NCBI RefSeq assembly: GCF_006345805.1
Contig: NC_043004.1
Coordinates: forward strand, 96,968,001-97,032,000
Source: Octopus sinensis
Lineage: Eukaryota
DNA: 64,000 nucleotides
Direction: 5' to 3'
Below are positions 14,418 to 28,484 of this stretch, in pieces. Position 1 is the stretch's first letter. Each line of letters starts with the position of its first letter. The translations under genes and the position numbers were made by a program. The notes below the pieces were generated by a model. It saw nothing but the letters and a program-made list of their open reading frames with translations. It was not told the origin of the DNA and searched no databases.

Positions 14418-14800
14418 TTTAATGTCCGTTTTCCATGCTAGCATGGGTTGGACGGTTCGACCGGCGTCTGGGAAGCCAGGAGGCTGCACCAGGCTCCAGT
14501 CTGATCTGGCAGTGTTTCTACAGCTGGATGCCCTTCTTAATGCCAACCACTCCGTGAGTGTAGTGGGTGCTTTTTACGTGCCACCTGCACAGGTGCCAGA
14601 CGAGGCTGGCAATGGCCACAATCGGATGGTGCTTTTTACATGCCACCGGCACGGAGGCCAGTCGGGGTGGCGCTGGCAACAGCCACGTTCAGATGGTTCT
14701 CTTACGTGCCACCAGCACTGGTATCACAGCTACAATTTCTATTGATGTTGATCGATTTCGATTTTGATTTTCGCTTGCCTCAACAGGTCTTCCCAAGTGA
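14343..14800 (-). mobile_element. Family D element with expanded (CAT)n tail
   Basis: Same consensus. Confidence 0.85.
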
Positions 14801-15491
14801 ATCATTTATCGGTTTTTCTGAAATCCAGCAACAAATCCCTATAGTTTAAGGGTAAGCAATGTGATACAATGCCATTAATATCTGTTTCATTTAAAGAATT
14901 GAACTTGGTTTCAGTTTCAGTCCTAATGTTTGGCAGTTTTAGGTTTCTACCATAGCTTCAGGTCAACGGAAGCCTTTTGAGTGAAATTTGGTGGAAAGAA
15001 ATTGTGTTGGATTGTACCTCTATGCCTGTGGTAGACATGTCATCTGCTTTGACAGTAACACCTAGCCGTAGGGTGCTTTTAATGGAGATCATTCTATAGC
15101 AAGTAGATGGGTAAGTTCTGTATTGAGAGATGACACACACTTTTCTGGTATCATTCTCAGAGGCCCTAAAAATGGATAAAGTAAAGAAACTACTTACTAC
15201 TTACAAGTGTAACAGTTGTAACAATGTAGAATTGTCAAATGGATCATTAACTTACAATACTAGGCTCAGTTCTTGGTGTGGGTTCAGTTTGCAGAGGGAT
15301 TAGTTGTGGAATTAATTACCAGTTTATTTCAATGTAGACATAAAATCCCTGTATTCTGGGAGTAAGGAAATGGAATATTGCAGCAGTCATATCTTTGGTG
15401 AAGACATTAATGGCGCAAGAAAAGATAAATGGCTTTAAGAGGAGATTAAAGCTGTCACAATGCGGAATTAATTATTGGTGTTTTATATACA

Positions 15492-15543
<52 letters not shown>

Positions 15544-15582
15544 CATACACTCATATATATATATATATACACATACACACAC

Positions 15583-15622
<40 letters not shown>

Positions 15623-16337
15623 ACGTGTGTGTTTGTATGTGTACATATATACATAGAAAGAGAGAGAAAGATAAAAGGAGAATGAGAGGGAGTAAGGATT
15701 GAATGTTTAATGGTGCCTATAACATCCAGTGGCTTAAGGGAATTGATACAGAGGATTACTGAAGGGTGAATCATTATTTAATAATCTTATTCCAGCCTGT
15801 TTCGGTGGATAGAGCTCCAGCAAAACTCCCCAACATTTCAAATATAATGGGAACTACAGAACTGTTACGATTCCTCAATGGTATTTGAGAACTTGTTTGC
15901 ATATATGTATTTCTAATGAGTTTAGAAAAGGACTAAAATTGTGAAATTGTGGATAATAAAAGAGAGCAAGATTCTATTATTATATAAAGATGTGGTCTTG
16001 TTTAGTATGTAAGAAGAAAAATGGAAAAGAGCCATCAGAGGAACTTGTAGATGATTGCTCAGACTGCCAGAAATAGCAGTTATATTTCTACCAAATCCTA
16101 TCATGTCATTGTAAAAAGAAAGGTTATGCTAGATTGTGTAGTCTGGATACAATCTGATAGAAATATTTAAATAAGTGAGAAGATGAAATAAGTGAGAAGA
16201 TGGAATGTGATTGATCAGAGCTGACTTAGATTTACAGAAAAATAGCAAAACAGCAGCAACAACAAGGAAAAGAATCCATGATGGACCAGCTATCTGGCTA
16301 CTTGAATGTCTAGAAAGAGCAACCAATTACCTCTTAA

Positions 16338-16557
16338 CCCTTTAGTGTTCAGATTAATCTGTTAAGTGTAATACTTTTTCACTCAAACCATTTAAAATTA
16401 TTCATACATTATCTTACAGCTTTGAAGTTTCAATAGTGTGACAGTTTATTCATAGAATGTCAATGTAGGTTTGGTGTGAGAGGCTAGATATGGCCAGTTT
16501 GAATGTAAAACATGTAGGATATTTGGGTCGGATATGGCCGACTTAAACACCAAAGGG
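16338..16557. mobile_element. piggyBac-type MITE
   Basis: TTAA-CCCTTTAGTGTT ... AACACCAAAGGG-TTAA. Confidence 0.75.
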
Positions 16558-17279
16558 TTAAATCACTCTCTATGTCTAAATTTTAAAATGGGATGGGAAA
16601 CATTAGGTAATATTGTCCTAGATACCTCTAGAAATACAGGATGGTCCTGGCTGGCATGTCTTTGATCATAGACTTGATTAATCAAAGCTGACCTGAAGCA
16701 ACAACAACAACAGCAATAACAGCAGAATCAACATAAAGAATCAGTTGAAACTGAATAGGTTGTTTATGCTCTTTTGTAATCAACATTTTGTACACGATAT
16801 TCTGAACTGTTTCTGACAAAATTGCCTTTAGACAGATTAAGATGGATGTGCTGTTAGACAAAAACGCAATTAGGTAAAAGCGCTTTTAGAAAGCAAAACT
16901 GATTTTAGATCAAAGTGCTTTATACACAAGAGTTTTCTACAAATATGCTTCCAGCAAATGTACTTACATACCCACCACATACATGTCTACATATTCCATC
17001 ATATAGCAAGCTATAAATAAGAATTCTGAGAATAATATGCTACTTACTGCTGTACACAACAGATGTATTGTATAGCTGATGACTGCTTTTATTGATCTCT
17101 AATGCTGATCTTAAATAATGCTACCGTGAATATTGATTAGCAGAGCACTTTCCAGAGGTCAATTGCGCCAGGGCTAATCCTCTCCCATTGATGGATATAT
17201 ATCTGATTAGGGAAAGGCCTAGCAATTAACTCAATTTTTTCAAACTTTGTTGAAACAGAAATGTATGTACGCATGCATG

Positions 17280-17323
<44 letters not shown>

Positions 17324-17440
17324 CATACATACGTACATATATACATATTATATATGCACATACATATATATATATATATGTACTCACATACATGCAAATG
17401 CATTTGTATGGTATACATGCATGGATATGTATATATATTC

Positions 17441-17481
<41 letters not shown>

Positions 17482-18152
17482 TGATTATTATTTTGTTCTT
17501 GTGAACAAGTGTACTATTATATGAAATTATAGAACTCAATGCTTTAATGGTGGGCTATAATAAAAATTTGATATAAAGTTGATTGCTTCACTCATATATT
17601 TATAGCAATCAACTTTATTTACAAATCATGTGTGTGTCTGTGTGTGTGTTTAAGTATTTTTGTATATATAGATGCATACATGTAAGTATATAAATTTATA
17701 TATATATATATATACGGATCTATGCATATATACATATATATTTACTTATATATACACACACACATATATACATATAACACACAGATGCCTATATGTACGC
17801 TTTGAAATATAGGTGTATATAATGCTCATATAAAGTTGATTGTTACTGTCATACATTCATCACAAACAAGTTTAAATGAGGAATAAACGTGATGACAGAA
17901 GAAATGATGTGCAAATATTTGTGAATATCAGAAACTGCAGTACACTTCATGCTTTATAGATGTGGCAGTGTGATAAGGAGTTTACTTGCCAACCACATTC
18001 CTAGGTTCACTCTTACTGTGCGACACCTTGGGCAAGTGTCTCCTACTATAATACCTTGCTGACCAAAGCCTTATGAATTAATTTGGTGGACAGACACTTA
18101 AAGAAGCCTGTGGTATTTGCATATATATATACAAAATCTTTTTTTAAAAAAA

Positions 18153-18546
18153 GGCGCCGGAGTGGCTGTGTGGTAAGTAGCTTGCTTACCAACCACATAG
18201 TTCCAGATTTAGTCCCACTGCGTGGCACCTTGGGCAAGTGCCTTCTACTAAAGCCTTGTGAGTAGATTTGGTAGACTGAAACTGAAAGAAGCCCATCATA
18301 TATATGTATATGTATATATATGTGTGTATGTGTGTTTGTGTGTCTGTGTTTATCTTTCCAACATCGCTTGACAACTGATGCTGGTGTGTTTACATCCCTG
18401 TAACTTAGCAGTTCGGCAAAAGAGACCGATAGAAAAGTACTAGGCTTTCAAAGAATAAAGTCTGGTATCAATTTGCTAGACTAAAGGCAGTGCACCAGAA
18501 TGGCCGCAGTCAAATGACTGAAACAAGTAAAAGAGTAAAAGAGAGA
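18153..18546 (+). mobile_element. SINE-A (preceded by an older partial copy ~17960-18122)
   Basis: Same consensus. Confidence 0.9.
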
Positions 18547-19270
18547 GTATACACACACACACACATATATATATATGTGTGTGTGTGTGTGGCACGTAAA
18601 ATGCACCATCGTTAAACGATGATGATGATGATATATATATACATATATACAGATATACAGATAGGTAAATAGATAGATAGATAGGTAGATAGATATGTAG
18701 ATAAATAGATACATACACACATACATATAGTTATAGATATATTATTGATACATATGTACATATGTATGTACATGTGTGTGTGAATGTATGTGGGAATATA
18801 TAGACAGACAGAAAAGCAAAAAGACAGATGTATAGACAGACAGATACATAGATAGACAGACAGGTATTATTTTCTGAAATAATTCTGTGAAGAGAAATCA
18901 GTCTACTCTGGATTCAAATTATTTGAAAACTTTTACTGTTTTCACTCAGATGAGATGATCTCTCTTTCTCCTTCTCCTTCTTTCTCTCTTTCTCTCCCTC
19001 CCCGTCTGTCTAGCACCCCCCTCTCTGTTCTGTTTCTCTCTCTGTCTCTGTCACACACATAAGCACATACACATGTGTATACTTTCACATACATGTACCT
19101 CACCCTTACATGTGCACAGGCACCTGTATGCAATTACGTACACAAAAGAGGCTTCTTGTTCATGAATTTTACATATGTCTGCAAGTCTGTGCCTCTATAC
19201 TCACACATATCTTTATGCATATATAAGATATATATATCTTAATGCATATATATACATATATATACATATA

Positions 19271-19306
<36 letters not shown>

Positions 19307-19346
19307 TGTATGTATACATGTATGTATGTACATATTTGTCTGTGAC

Positions 19347-19377
<31 letters not shown>

Positions 19378-19379
19378 TC

Positions 19380-19436
<57 letters not shown>

Positions 19437-20045
19437 AATATATATATATATACATATATATATATATGTATTTGTGAATTTATATTGCCTGGTGATTTTC
19501 TTCAGTTATCAACTACATAGTGGATGAATTTTCTTTGTATTTTTGCTTTCTTTCTTTTTCTTTTAAGTTTTTCTCTCTTTCTTTTTTTTTTTTTTTTTTT
19601 TTCCTGTTTTTATGGTTCTTGTATTTTGGCTTTGGCGAAATATTCAAGTGGCTTATCAAAATCTTGGTGCCAAGTAATTTTTATTTTTGGATTTGCCAAA
19701 ACTGGAAAACATTCTAAGAGGATTGAGATTTAATGATCTGAAAAACCATCGGCCAAAACATCAGAAGACAGGAGTGGTGGTGGTGGTGGTGGTGGGGTTG
19801 AGGGAATGAGAAAAAAAAACTAAAAGTGTAACTCAATTCAAAAGAATTTGAATACGTTTTGGCTAAGAAGTAACACACACCTTCACATAATCACATTCAT
19901 ATATACACATGTTCACATATATATATATATATATACACATAGACAGACAGTTATAAAACACACGTAATATAAAAAAAAACAAAATTGAAGACAAATGACT
20001 ACATAAAAGATTAAAATGTAGTATACAAATTATCCCCACCCCCTA

Positions 20046-20076
<31 letters not shown>

Positions 20077-20082
20077 GTAATG

Positions 20083-20113
<31 letters not shown>

Positions 20114-20426
20114 TAGTAATAACGAGATTTATAAAGAGAAGGAAAATGTGCCAGATCTTTTGAGTTAACAATCCAAAAATAAAAAATCAAACAGATTAAA
20201 AATGAAAAGAAGTTGATATACAATTGAACAACTTTGCTTTCAAAGTCCATTCTATGGTCTTTTCATTTGAAATGATACATTTATGCCAATATATTCTTCA
20301 GTTCAGTTCCAGACACATTCCCACCCACCTCACCCTGTCTGCTTTCTTTTTTCCTTACACACGTTTCTACATACATACATTCATACATATATAGATGTGC
20401 ATACATAAATACATTCATATATAACG

Positions 20427-20463
<37 letters not shown>

Positions 20464-20546
20464 ACACACACACTGATATATAAATATCTACATATTTGTA
20501 AACAACAAATAGGGTTTATGAAAGTGCAAGAGTATTCAGTTCAATT

Positions 20547-20774
20547 CGGCGAGCTGGCAGAAACGCTAGCACGCCAGGCGAAATGCTTACCAGTATTTCG
20601 TCTGTCTTTACGTTCTGAGTTCAAATTCCGCCGAGGTCGACTTTGCCTTTCATCCTTTCGGGGTCGAGAAATTAAGTACCAGTTACGCAGTGGCATCGAT
20701 GCAATCGACTTAATGCCTTTGTCTATCCTTGTTTTTCCCCTCTATGTTTAGCCCCTTGCGGGCAATAAAGAAAT
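20547..20774 (+). mobile_element. SINE-B with 16-bp TSD
   Basis: AAGAGTATTCAGTTCA at 20528-43 and 20775-90. Confidence 0.9.
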
Positions 20775-21409
20775 AAGAGTATTCAGTTCATATCTTTTTC
20801 TACTCTAGGTACAAGGCCTGACATTTTTGGGGAGGGGAGCAGTCAGATCAAACCCCAGTATGCAACTGGTACTTAATTTATCGACCCCCAAAGGGTGAAA
20901 GGCAAAGTTGACCTTGGCGGAATTGAGCTCAGAACATAAAAACAGACAAAATACTGCTAAGCATTTCGTCCGGTGGGCTAACATTTCTGCCAACTCACCA
21001 CCTTGTTCATATATAAATAAATACCAGAACACACCAGTTTTTCCTTTGGTAATGTGGTGTCGTTCTGCCCCATGATCTTTCTCACATAATTTTGTATGTC
21101 TTACTTGTGCAGGATTTAGTGAGGCCTTGCCCCAGGGCACAATTAAATGACAGTCAAGCATCAAGAAATCTTTTATCGTTTACTTGTATCAGTCACTGGA
21201 CTGTGGCCATGCTGGGGCACTACAATGAAGGGTTGAGATGAATAATTGTACCCCACTATTTATATTTTATTATCTGGTACTAAGTTTATTGGTCTCTTTT
21301 GCCAAACCACGAAGTTACAGGTTGTAAGCGAACCAATATTGTAGTGCTAGAGTTCAAACACAGGAGCAATAGTTGATCAGGGCTGGTGGAGTGTCCACAT
21401 TGCAGAAAC

Positions 21410-21897
21410 TCAGATGTGTCCATATTGCAGAAAGGACTCCTTCCACTCTTCTCCAGTGGTGAAATGATTAAAGAAGACTATTTATGGAAGATGGGACTCC
21501 TTGTCACATGGCTAAAATGACCCAAGATTTTTTGGATGAGAATGATATTTAGAAAGCTTCCGTGGCCAAGCCAGTCACCAGATATGAACCCAATTGGACA
21601 CATCTGGGACATAATTGACAAAATACTTCATAAAAAGAACAAGAAAGCATCTTCAAAGCCAGATCTTTTTGCAACTATTGCATGAAACTTGGCAAGAAAT
21701 TCCACAAGAGAATATTTGTTTTTTGATCAGTAACATTCCTAATAGAGTCCTCGCATTGACAAATGCAAAGGGCATGTCTACTAAGTATTAAGTATTCATG
21801 GTATAATAATTAATAAATAATTTGAAAGTATAATTTCAGATTTAAATAAATTTTAAGGATTATAAAGGTGTATTTAACTTCAGTCATGTCTGTGTAT
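21410..21897 (+). mobile_element. Tc1-like transposase C-terminal remnant
   Basis: FMEDGTPCHMAK...LPWPSQSPDMNPIGHIWDIID...ETWQEIPQE...IPNRVLALTNAKGMSTKY* with frameshifts. Confidence 0.85.
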
Positions 21898-21904
21898 ATA
21901 CATG

Positions 21905-21936
<32 letters not shown>

Positions 21937-22114
21937 CATGTATGTATGTATGTATGTATGTATGTATGTATGTATGTATACGTTTATGTTTTTATATACA
22001 TATACAGTCCAATGATGGCTTAACTGGCCGAAAATTCAAAGTCACTGTCTGTAATTTTCTTGTTTAAGAATACATACATATATATATATGTATGTATATA
22101 TATATTTATATATA

Positions 22115-22486
22115 GGCGCAGGAGTGGCTGTGTGGTAAGTAGCTTGCTTACGAACCACATGGTTCCGGGTTCAGTTCCACTGCATTGCTCTTTGGGCAAG
22201 TGTTTCCTACTATAGCCTTGGGCCAATTTGGTAGATGGAAACTGAAAGAAGCCTGTCATATGTATATATATGTGTATGTGTGAGTGTATGTTTGTGTGTC
22301 TGTGTTTGTCCCCACCAACATCGCTTGACAACCGATGCTGGTATGTTTAAGTCCCCGTAACTTAGTGATTCGGCAAAAGACACCGATAGAATAAGTTACA
22401 AACAATAAGTCCTGGGGTCGATTTGCTCGACTAAAGGCAGTGCTCCAGCATGGCCACAGTCAAATGACTGAAACAAGTAAAAGAGT
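22115..22486 (+). mobile_element. SINE-A
   Basis: Same consensus. Confidence 0.9.
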
Positions 22487-22965
22487 ATATGTGTGTGTGA
22501 GTGTATAAATCGATAGACAGACAGACAGATAGATATACATGCACAAACACACAACGGACTTTCACATCTACCAAACTCACTGAAGAGGCACTGGTTAGTA
22601 TGTTGCTACAGTAGGAGATGCTTAGTCATGATGCTGCATGTGGGACTCAACCTGAGTCCATGTGATTGCAAAACAAGCTCATTAACTATACAACCATGCT
22701 TGACTCAGGCTTTTACCAATAAATTGGAAAGTTCTCTACAGTATGAGAGACAAGGGGAATGAAAGAGAGAGAGAGACTGACAGAGACAGACAGAGACAGA
22801 GAGAGAATGAGTGATTGAGTGAGTGATTAATTGAGTGAGTGATGTTATAGACAACCTAATTTATTGCAGTTTATTACTTTTATAAATGTTTTGATGATTC
22901 TAGGATAATGAAGGGCCTGTACTTTGAAAGTTAGGAAATGTCTGTGCCGACAAAAATTACGCAAA

Positions 22966-23370
22966 GGTGTAGGAGTGGCTGTGTGGCAAGTAGCTTGCTT
23001 ACCACCCACATGGTTCTGGGTTCAGTCCCACTGCATGGCAAGTTGGCCAAGTGCCTTCTACTATAGCCTCGGGCTGACTACAGCCTTGTGAGTGGATTTG
23101 GTAGACAGAAACTGAAAGAAGCCCATCGTATATATGTATATTCATGTATTTATATGTATGTGTTTGTGTGTATGTGCTTGTCCCCCCAACATCACTTGAC
23201 AACCGATACTGGTGTGTTTACATCCCCATAACTTAGCAGCTTGGTAAAAGAGACCGATAGAATAAGTACTAGGCTTACAAAGAATAAGTCCTGGGGTTGA
23301 TTTGCTTGACTAATTGCGGTGTTTCAGCATGGCCACAGTTAAATGACTGAAACAAGTAAAAGAGTAAAGA
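22966..23370 (+). mobile_element. SINE-A
   Basis: Same consensus. Confidence 0.9.
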
Positions 23371-24910
23371 GAGAGAGAGAGACTAAAAAACAGAAACAAA
23401 AATGGTTACATTAAAAATCAAGACCTTACAAACCTTTGCTTTACATTTCAACTTGTTTGCACCCTTACTAATGTTTACCATGGAACACCTGCAGTTGACG
23501 ATGCATTTGTTGACCTTTTATTTTATTGATCCTGAAGGATTAAGGCAAAGTTGACCATAGCAAGATTTGAAGCAAGGATGTTAAGTGCTATATCATCATC
23601 ATCATCATCATCCAGTGTTTTAAATCCGGGTTTTGTCCCCGTTAATGGTAGATGGCTGGATCTACCTCAATGCCATAGCAACTGAGGCAGGCAGGTGCAG
23701 CCAACTCCAACCTTTGGGCTGGTTGATGCCCATTCTTCCTTGCTATCATGAGGCTTTTTGGGAAGTGAATTTTCTGTGGGGAGCATATTCTTGCTTACTC
23801 CCAATTTCAGTTTCTAGACATGAGTGGTCCCAAGATCAAGGCCTCTACCATGAGTTTTAAGAAATGAGATGGAAAACTAGCTCAGGAAGGTAGAGATGCT
23901 ACTCCCTGAGACCCCTTTTGGAGCCACCACTCCCACTACCTATGAAATAATGATTTCAAATTTTTTTTCAAGGTCAACAACTTTAGGAGAGGGATATGTT
24001 GATTACATTGACTCCAGTACCTAACTGAAATTTTATTTTACTGACCCCAAAACGATGAAAGGCAAAGTGGACCCTGGTAGAATTTGAACTCACAATATAA
24101 AGACAGATGTAATGCTGCTAAGCATTTTGTCCAACATGTGAATGATTCTGTCAGCTTGCTGCCCTAAAGCTGTACCAAAATATTGCTTGATATTATGTTC
24201 GACATACTAACGACTCTGCCAATCCATCACCCTTCCTTTACATAGCAGCAGCACCAGCAGAAGCAGTAACAGCAGTAGCAGCTGTAGTAGTATGAGTCAT
24301 AATATTGTTGCCTTTGAATAAGACTCCTTATAGTTCTACTATAGAATACATTGTACATAAAGAGTATTCATTTTATAAGCCGAAGAGTATTGGAAAATAG
24401 TATCTTCCTACAGGAGGATTTGAACTCAGTATGTTGTGGAAGAAAGCTAAACACTGTTTGTCGAGTATCCCTTTGTCTCATATCACTACATTTGAATGAT
24501 AGCATAAAATAATGATGATGATAATGATGTTGATGGATGATGATGATGATGATGATATTAATGATAATAATATTAATAATAATAATGATATTAATAATAA
24601 TGATATTAATAATAATGATAATACTAATATTAACAATATTAATATTAGTAAAAAATAATATTAGTATTAATAATACTTTATCTATTTATACCCATTTCTT
24701 TGTTATATTCTATTTTGTGTACTTTAATAAGAAGTTGAAGAAGCAACAAAATAAAAAAAGAAATCTATCATAAACTAATAGATAAATTTTTATTATCAAA
24801 AACCATCATATTTATCATCCTCATTGTTGTTGTTGTTCTTGTTATAAGCACTATGATAAATTCTATTTGCTGCAAGGGTAACCTTGACGACCTTGCTAAC
24901 AACCTTTTAC

Positions 24911-25201
24911 CTCTTCCAAAATCATTTTTCCTCACCCAAAATTTGTTTCCTGTTAATAAACCTTGAGACACTGATGTCATATATATTATACGAGCATCTA
25001 CCTTTAAATTGTCGTTTATGACATTTAGGTATGAAGAGGTTAGAGCATACAGTATTGAATCAATACTGCTTACCGATTCCATGGAATATTGCACTCGGCT
25101 TTGATTTATCCAAAAATGTTGAAGGAAATTTGCAAGTTCTCTGTCATTATTAGTTCTTTTCCTCCAGAAGGAATGTATGTCACAGCCTCCCATTTCTTGC
25201 T
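24911..25201 (-). CDS. Candidate internal coding exon (291 bp, phase 1-1) of an unidentified gene
   Basis: Non-repetitive open frame QEMGGCDIHSFWRKRTNNDRELANFLQHFWINQSRVQY...KVDARIIYMTSVSQGLLTGNKFWVRKNDFGR; upstream pyrimidine tract + AG; donor GAG|gtaaaa. Confidence 0.5.
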
Positions 25202-25235
25202 CTTCCCACCGACAAATTAATAAAGAGAAACAAAA

Positions 25236-25299
25236 GCCGACCGAAGCCTTGTGAGTGGATTTGGTAGACGGAAACTGAAAGAAGCCCGTCGTATATATG

Positions 25300-25334
<35 letters not shown>

Positions 25335-25536
25335 TTGTGTGTCTGTGTTTGTCCCCACAACATCGCTTGACAACCGATGCTGGTGTGTTTATGTCCCCGT
25401 AACTTAGCGGTTCAGCAAAAGAGACTGATAGAATAAGTACTGGGCTTACAAAGAATAAGTCCTGGGGTCGATTTGCTCGACTAAAAGGCGGTGCTCCAGC
25501 ATGGCCACAGTCAAATGACTGAAACAAGTAAAAGAG
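25236..25536 (+). mobile_element. SINE-A, 5'-truncated
   Basis: Starts at GCCGACC.AAGCCTTGTGAG. Confidence 0.9.
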
Positions 25537-25969
25537 AAACAAAATAAATTATTGTCATCTAGAGTGAATGAAGAAATCAATATTACCATTAGCAATATGG
25601 TGTGAAAATAATGGACATGATACGCCACTGTGGGATAACATTCTCATTATAGACTGTGAAGCATTGCTGAAACTAGGAAGGCAGTTCATATAGTGCAACT
25701 GAGAACCCGATCAGCTGGCTGTGCTCATTAGAGCTGCCAATATCTCCAATGAGTTCAAACAGGGATTAAATTGACAAGCTTTTTTCTGCTTTCCTATAAA
25801 ATGTTAATAACAGCCAGAAGCCCTGTGTCGAGTGAGTGTGAGTGTAAATATATACTGGGCAAATACCAGACATTCCTCTCTCGTTTTATTCTTCTTTTAC
25901 TGGTTTCAGTCATTATATATTGTGACCATGCTGGGGCACTATCTTTATAGGTTAGCTAATTATATATCA

Positions 25970-26354
25970 GTGGAGGCGCAATGGCCCAGTGGTTAGGGCA
26001 GCGGACTCGCGGTCATAGGATCACGGTTTCGATTCCCAGACTGGGCATTGTGAGTGTTTATTGAGCGAAAACACCTAAATCTCCACGCAGCTCCGGCAGG
26101 GGATGGTGGTGATCCCTGCTGTACTCTTTCACCACAACTTTCTCTCACTCTTACTTCCTGTTTCTGTTGTACCTGTATTTCAAAGGGCCGGCCTTGTCAC
26201 TCTCTGTGTCACGCTGAATATCCCCGAGAACTACGTTAAGGGTACACTTGTCTGTGGAGTGCTCAGCCACTTACATGTTAATTTCCCGAGCAGGCTGTTC
26301 CGTTGATTCGGATCAACCGGAACCCTCGTCGTCATAACCGACGGAGTGCTTCCA
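25970..26354 (+). mobile_element. SINE-C (tRNA-Arg-like head, ~385 bp; possibly an octopus OR-type SINE)
   Basis: GGCGCAATGGCCCAGTGGTTAGGGCAGCGGACTCGCGGTCATAGGATC.CGGTTTCGATTCCC; three near-identical copies. Confidence 0.9.
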
Positions 26355-26524
26355 TCCAATTATATGTCAACGGCAGTGCTTTAACTGTTCCTTTTTGCCC
26401 AATCTTGTAATATATGAAATACAAAGTAGATCTTTTTACATAAAGGAAGATAACTCAGTATGTATTAATCATAAGTGGTATTCTTGTTTGAATGTATGAG
26501 TTCTTAGTTTAAAGACTGGATTGA

Positions 26525-26680
26525 AGGTGGTGAGCTGGCAGAATCGTTAGCACTCCAGGTAAAATGCTTAGTAACATTTCGTCCATCTGTACATTCAGAG
26601 TTCAAATGCTGCCAGAATTGACTTTACCTTTCATCATTTCAGGGTCAATAAAATAAGTACCAGTTGAACACCAGGGTTGA
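26525..26680 (+). mobile_element. SINE-B, interrupted by the HHR-bearing element
   Basis: Consensus head and core; stops at GGGTTGAT where the inverted PLE tail begins. Confidence 0.8.
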
Positions 26681-26850
26681 TACAGTTCTATATTTAAGAG
26701 ATGAGGAATTATGTACATTATTTACATTATTTACAATTGATGGATATTTGTCCTCATCTTGTTTGTTGTTAACACGTTTCGGCTGATACACCCTCCAGCC
26801 TTCTTCAGGTATCTTGGGGAAATTTCCAACCTGGGTTCTCATTCCTAAGG
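26681..26850 (-). mobile_element. Inverted partial copy of the tail of the adjacent tRNA-headed element
   Basis: Reverse complement CCTTAGGAATGAGAACCCAGG...CTGAAGAAGGCTGGAGGGTGTATCAGCCGAAACGTGTT...GATGAGGACAAATATCC matches 27010-27130; abuts the tRNA head directly. Confidence 0.8.
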
Positions 26851-26939
26851 GCATAAGGCATAGTGGTTAAGAGCGCGGGCTACTAACCCCAAGATTCCAA
26901 GTTCAATTCCAAGCAGTGACCTGAACAATAATAATGATG

Positions 26940-26990
<51 letters not shown>

Positions 26991-27132
26991 TCAACAACAT
27001 CGAAAAATACATTAGGAACGTGAACCTAGGTTTGAAATTTCCCCAAGACACCTGAAGAAGGCTGGAGGGTATATCAGCTGAAATGTGTTAACAACAAACA
27101 AGATGAGGACAAATATCCGTCAATTGTAAACT
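26851..27132 (+). mobile_element. tRNA-headed element: tRNA-like head + (AAT)n + PLE-type tail with hammerhead-like motif (family C-HHR)
   Basis: A-box-like AGGCATAGTGG, 7-nt loop CTACTAA in stem GCGGG/CCCC, B-box-like GTTCAATTCC; (AAT)n; then GACAC-CTGAAGA-a-GGCTG...CAGCT-GAAAT-GTGTT. Confidence 0.7.
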
Positions 27133-27402
27133 GTAAAATATCAGCATGTCCTCGCTTACTCAAATATTGGTGAATCTTTTTTGGCCATGCCCTCCTCCAT
27201 TAGTCCTTTCTACTACAGGTAAAAGGCCTGAAATTTGGGGGCAAAGGTGAGTAAATTATATCAACCTCAGTACTCAGATGATACTTATTTCATCAACTCT
27301 TTCAAAAGGATGAAAAACAAAAGTGACCTTGGCAGAATTTGAACTCAGAATATAAATCTAAAAGAAATACTACTAAGCACTTTGTCAAGGATGCTAATGT
27401 TT

Positions 27403-27637
27403 CTTATTTCTTTACTACCCACAAGAGGCCACACATAGAGGGGACAAACAAAGACAGACAAATGGAGTAAGTTTATTGTATTGACCCCAGTGCATAACTG
27501 GTACTTATTTAATTGACTCCAAAAGGATGAAAGGCAAAGTCGACCTCAGCGGAATTTGAACTCAGAACATAGTGACAGACGAAATACTGCTAAGCATTTC
27601 ACCCGGTGTGCTAACGTTTCTGCCAGCTTGCCACCTT
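27403..27637 (-). mobile_element. SINE-B (an older copy lies at ~27200-27400)
   Basis: Same consensus. Confidence 0.9.
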
Positions 27638-28484
27638 TGCCCCACTTCATTAGTGAAAATATAAAGCAAAAGAATACATCTATACATTTCTTCTTATCTT
27701 ACCTTGCCACACAAGGAGTTTGAAATGTTCAGAACCATCTGAATTTTATTGAACATGGTGATGTGTCTGCTCACTTTTCAATCTTTGGAGATCTTTCATA
27801 ATATAAGGTGGGTTACCTAACTTCTACAAGAAATACTATGCTAGATAAATAGCAAGTCAGAATTTAAAATTCACAATATGAAGTGTAAAATAAAGACATG
27901 TTGTAGCGAGCTGGTGATTTATGTCAATAACCAGATGACCTGACCTTGCTGTAAGTTATAAACATATAACAATGCATCTATTGATGAACATTTAACTTGA
28001 TTCACAAATATAGAATTAATCTCGCATTTTGATTAAATTTTAATTAACTTCAATTGAAAGAGGTTTCATGAAGAAAAACATTTCACTGGAAACTATTCGC
28101 GATATCTCTATCAATAGGCAGGCAAATTTTATAAAAATAGGTTTTAGTAAAACAGCAAAATTTATTGAAATTTAAAGAATGAAAATTATTACAAATAATA
28201 GCTGTTGCTTTAGGTTGTTAGATTTTAATATATTTTGAAATAAAAAAGTTTTGTGCTATGGAGTGGCCTTAATATATATTGTGATCTAAAGTGTTTGAAA
28301 GTGTATGAAGTTAGAGCTTTCAGTATGCTAATATAAAAAGTTTGAAGGTCTGTATAGTGGATTTTATATATCTTAATATATAATCCGTGAAGTGCTCTCA
28401 TATATTGTATTATAAAATGTTTGGTATGCCGTGCAGTGGTAAACATAGTAGGATGACTTTTCTTTTGCTAGTTTACATTCATTA

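Noticed and set aside
25970-26040. tRNA-like sequences at SINE heads
   Set aside because: No complete acceptor stem; they are SINE promoters, not tRNA genes.
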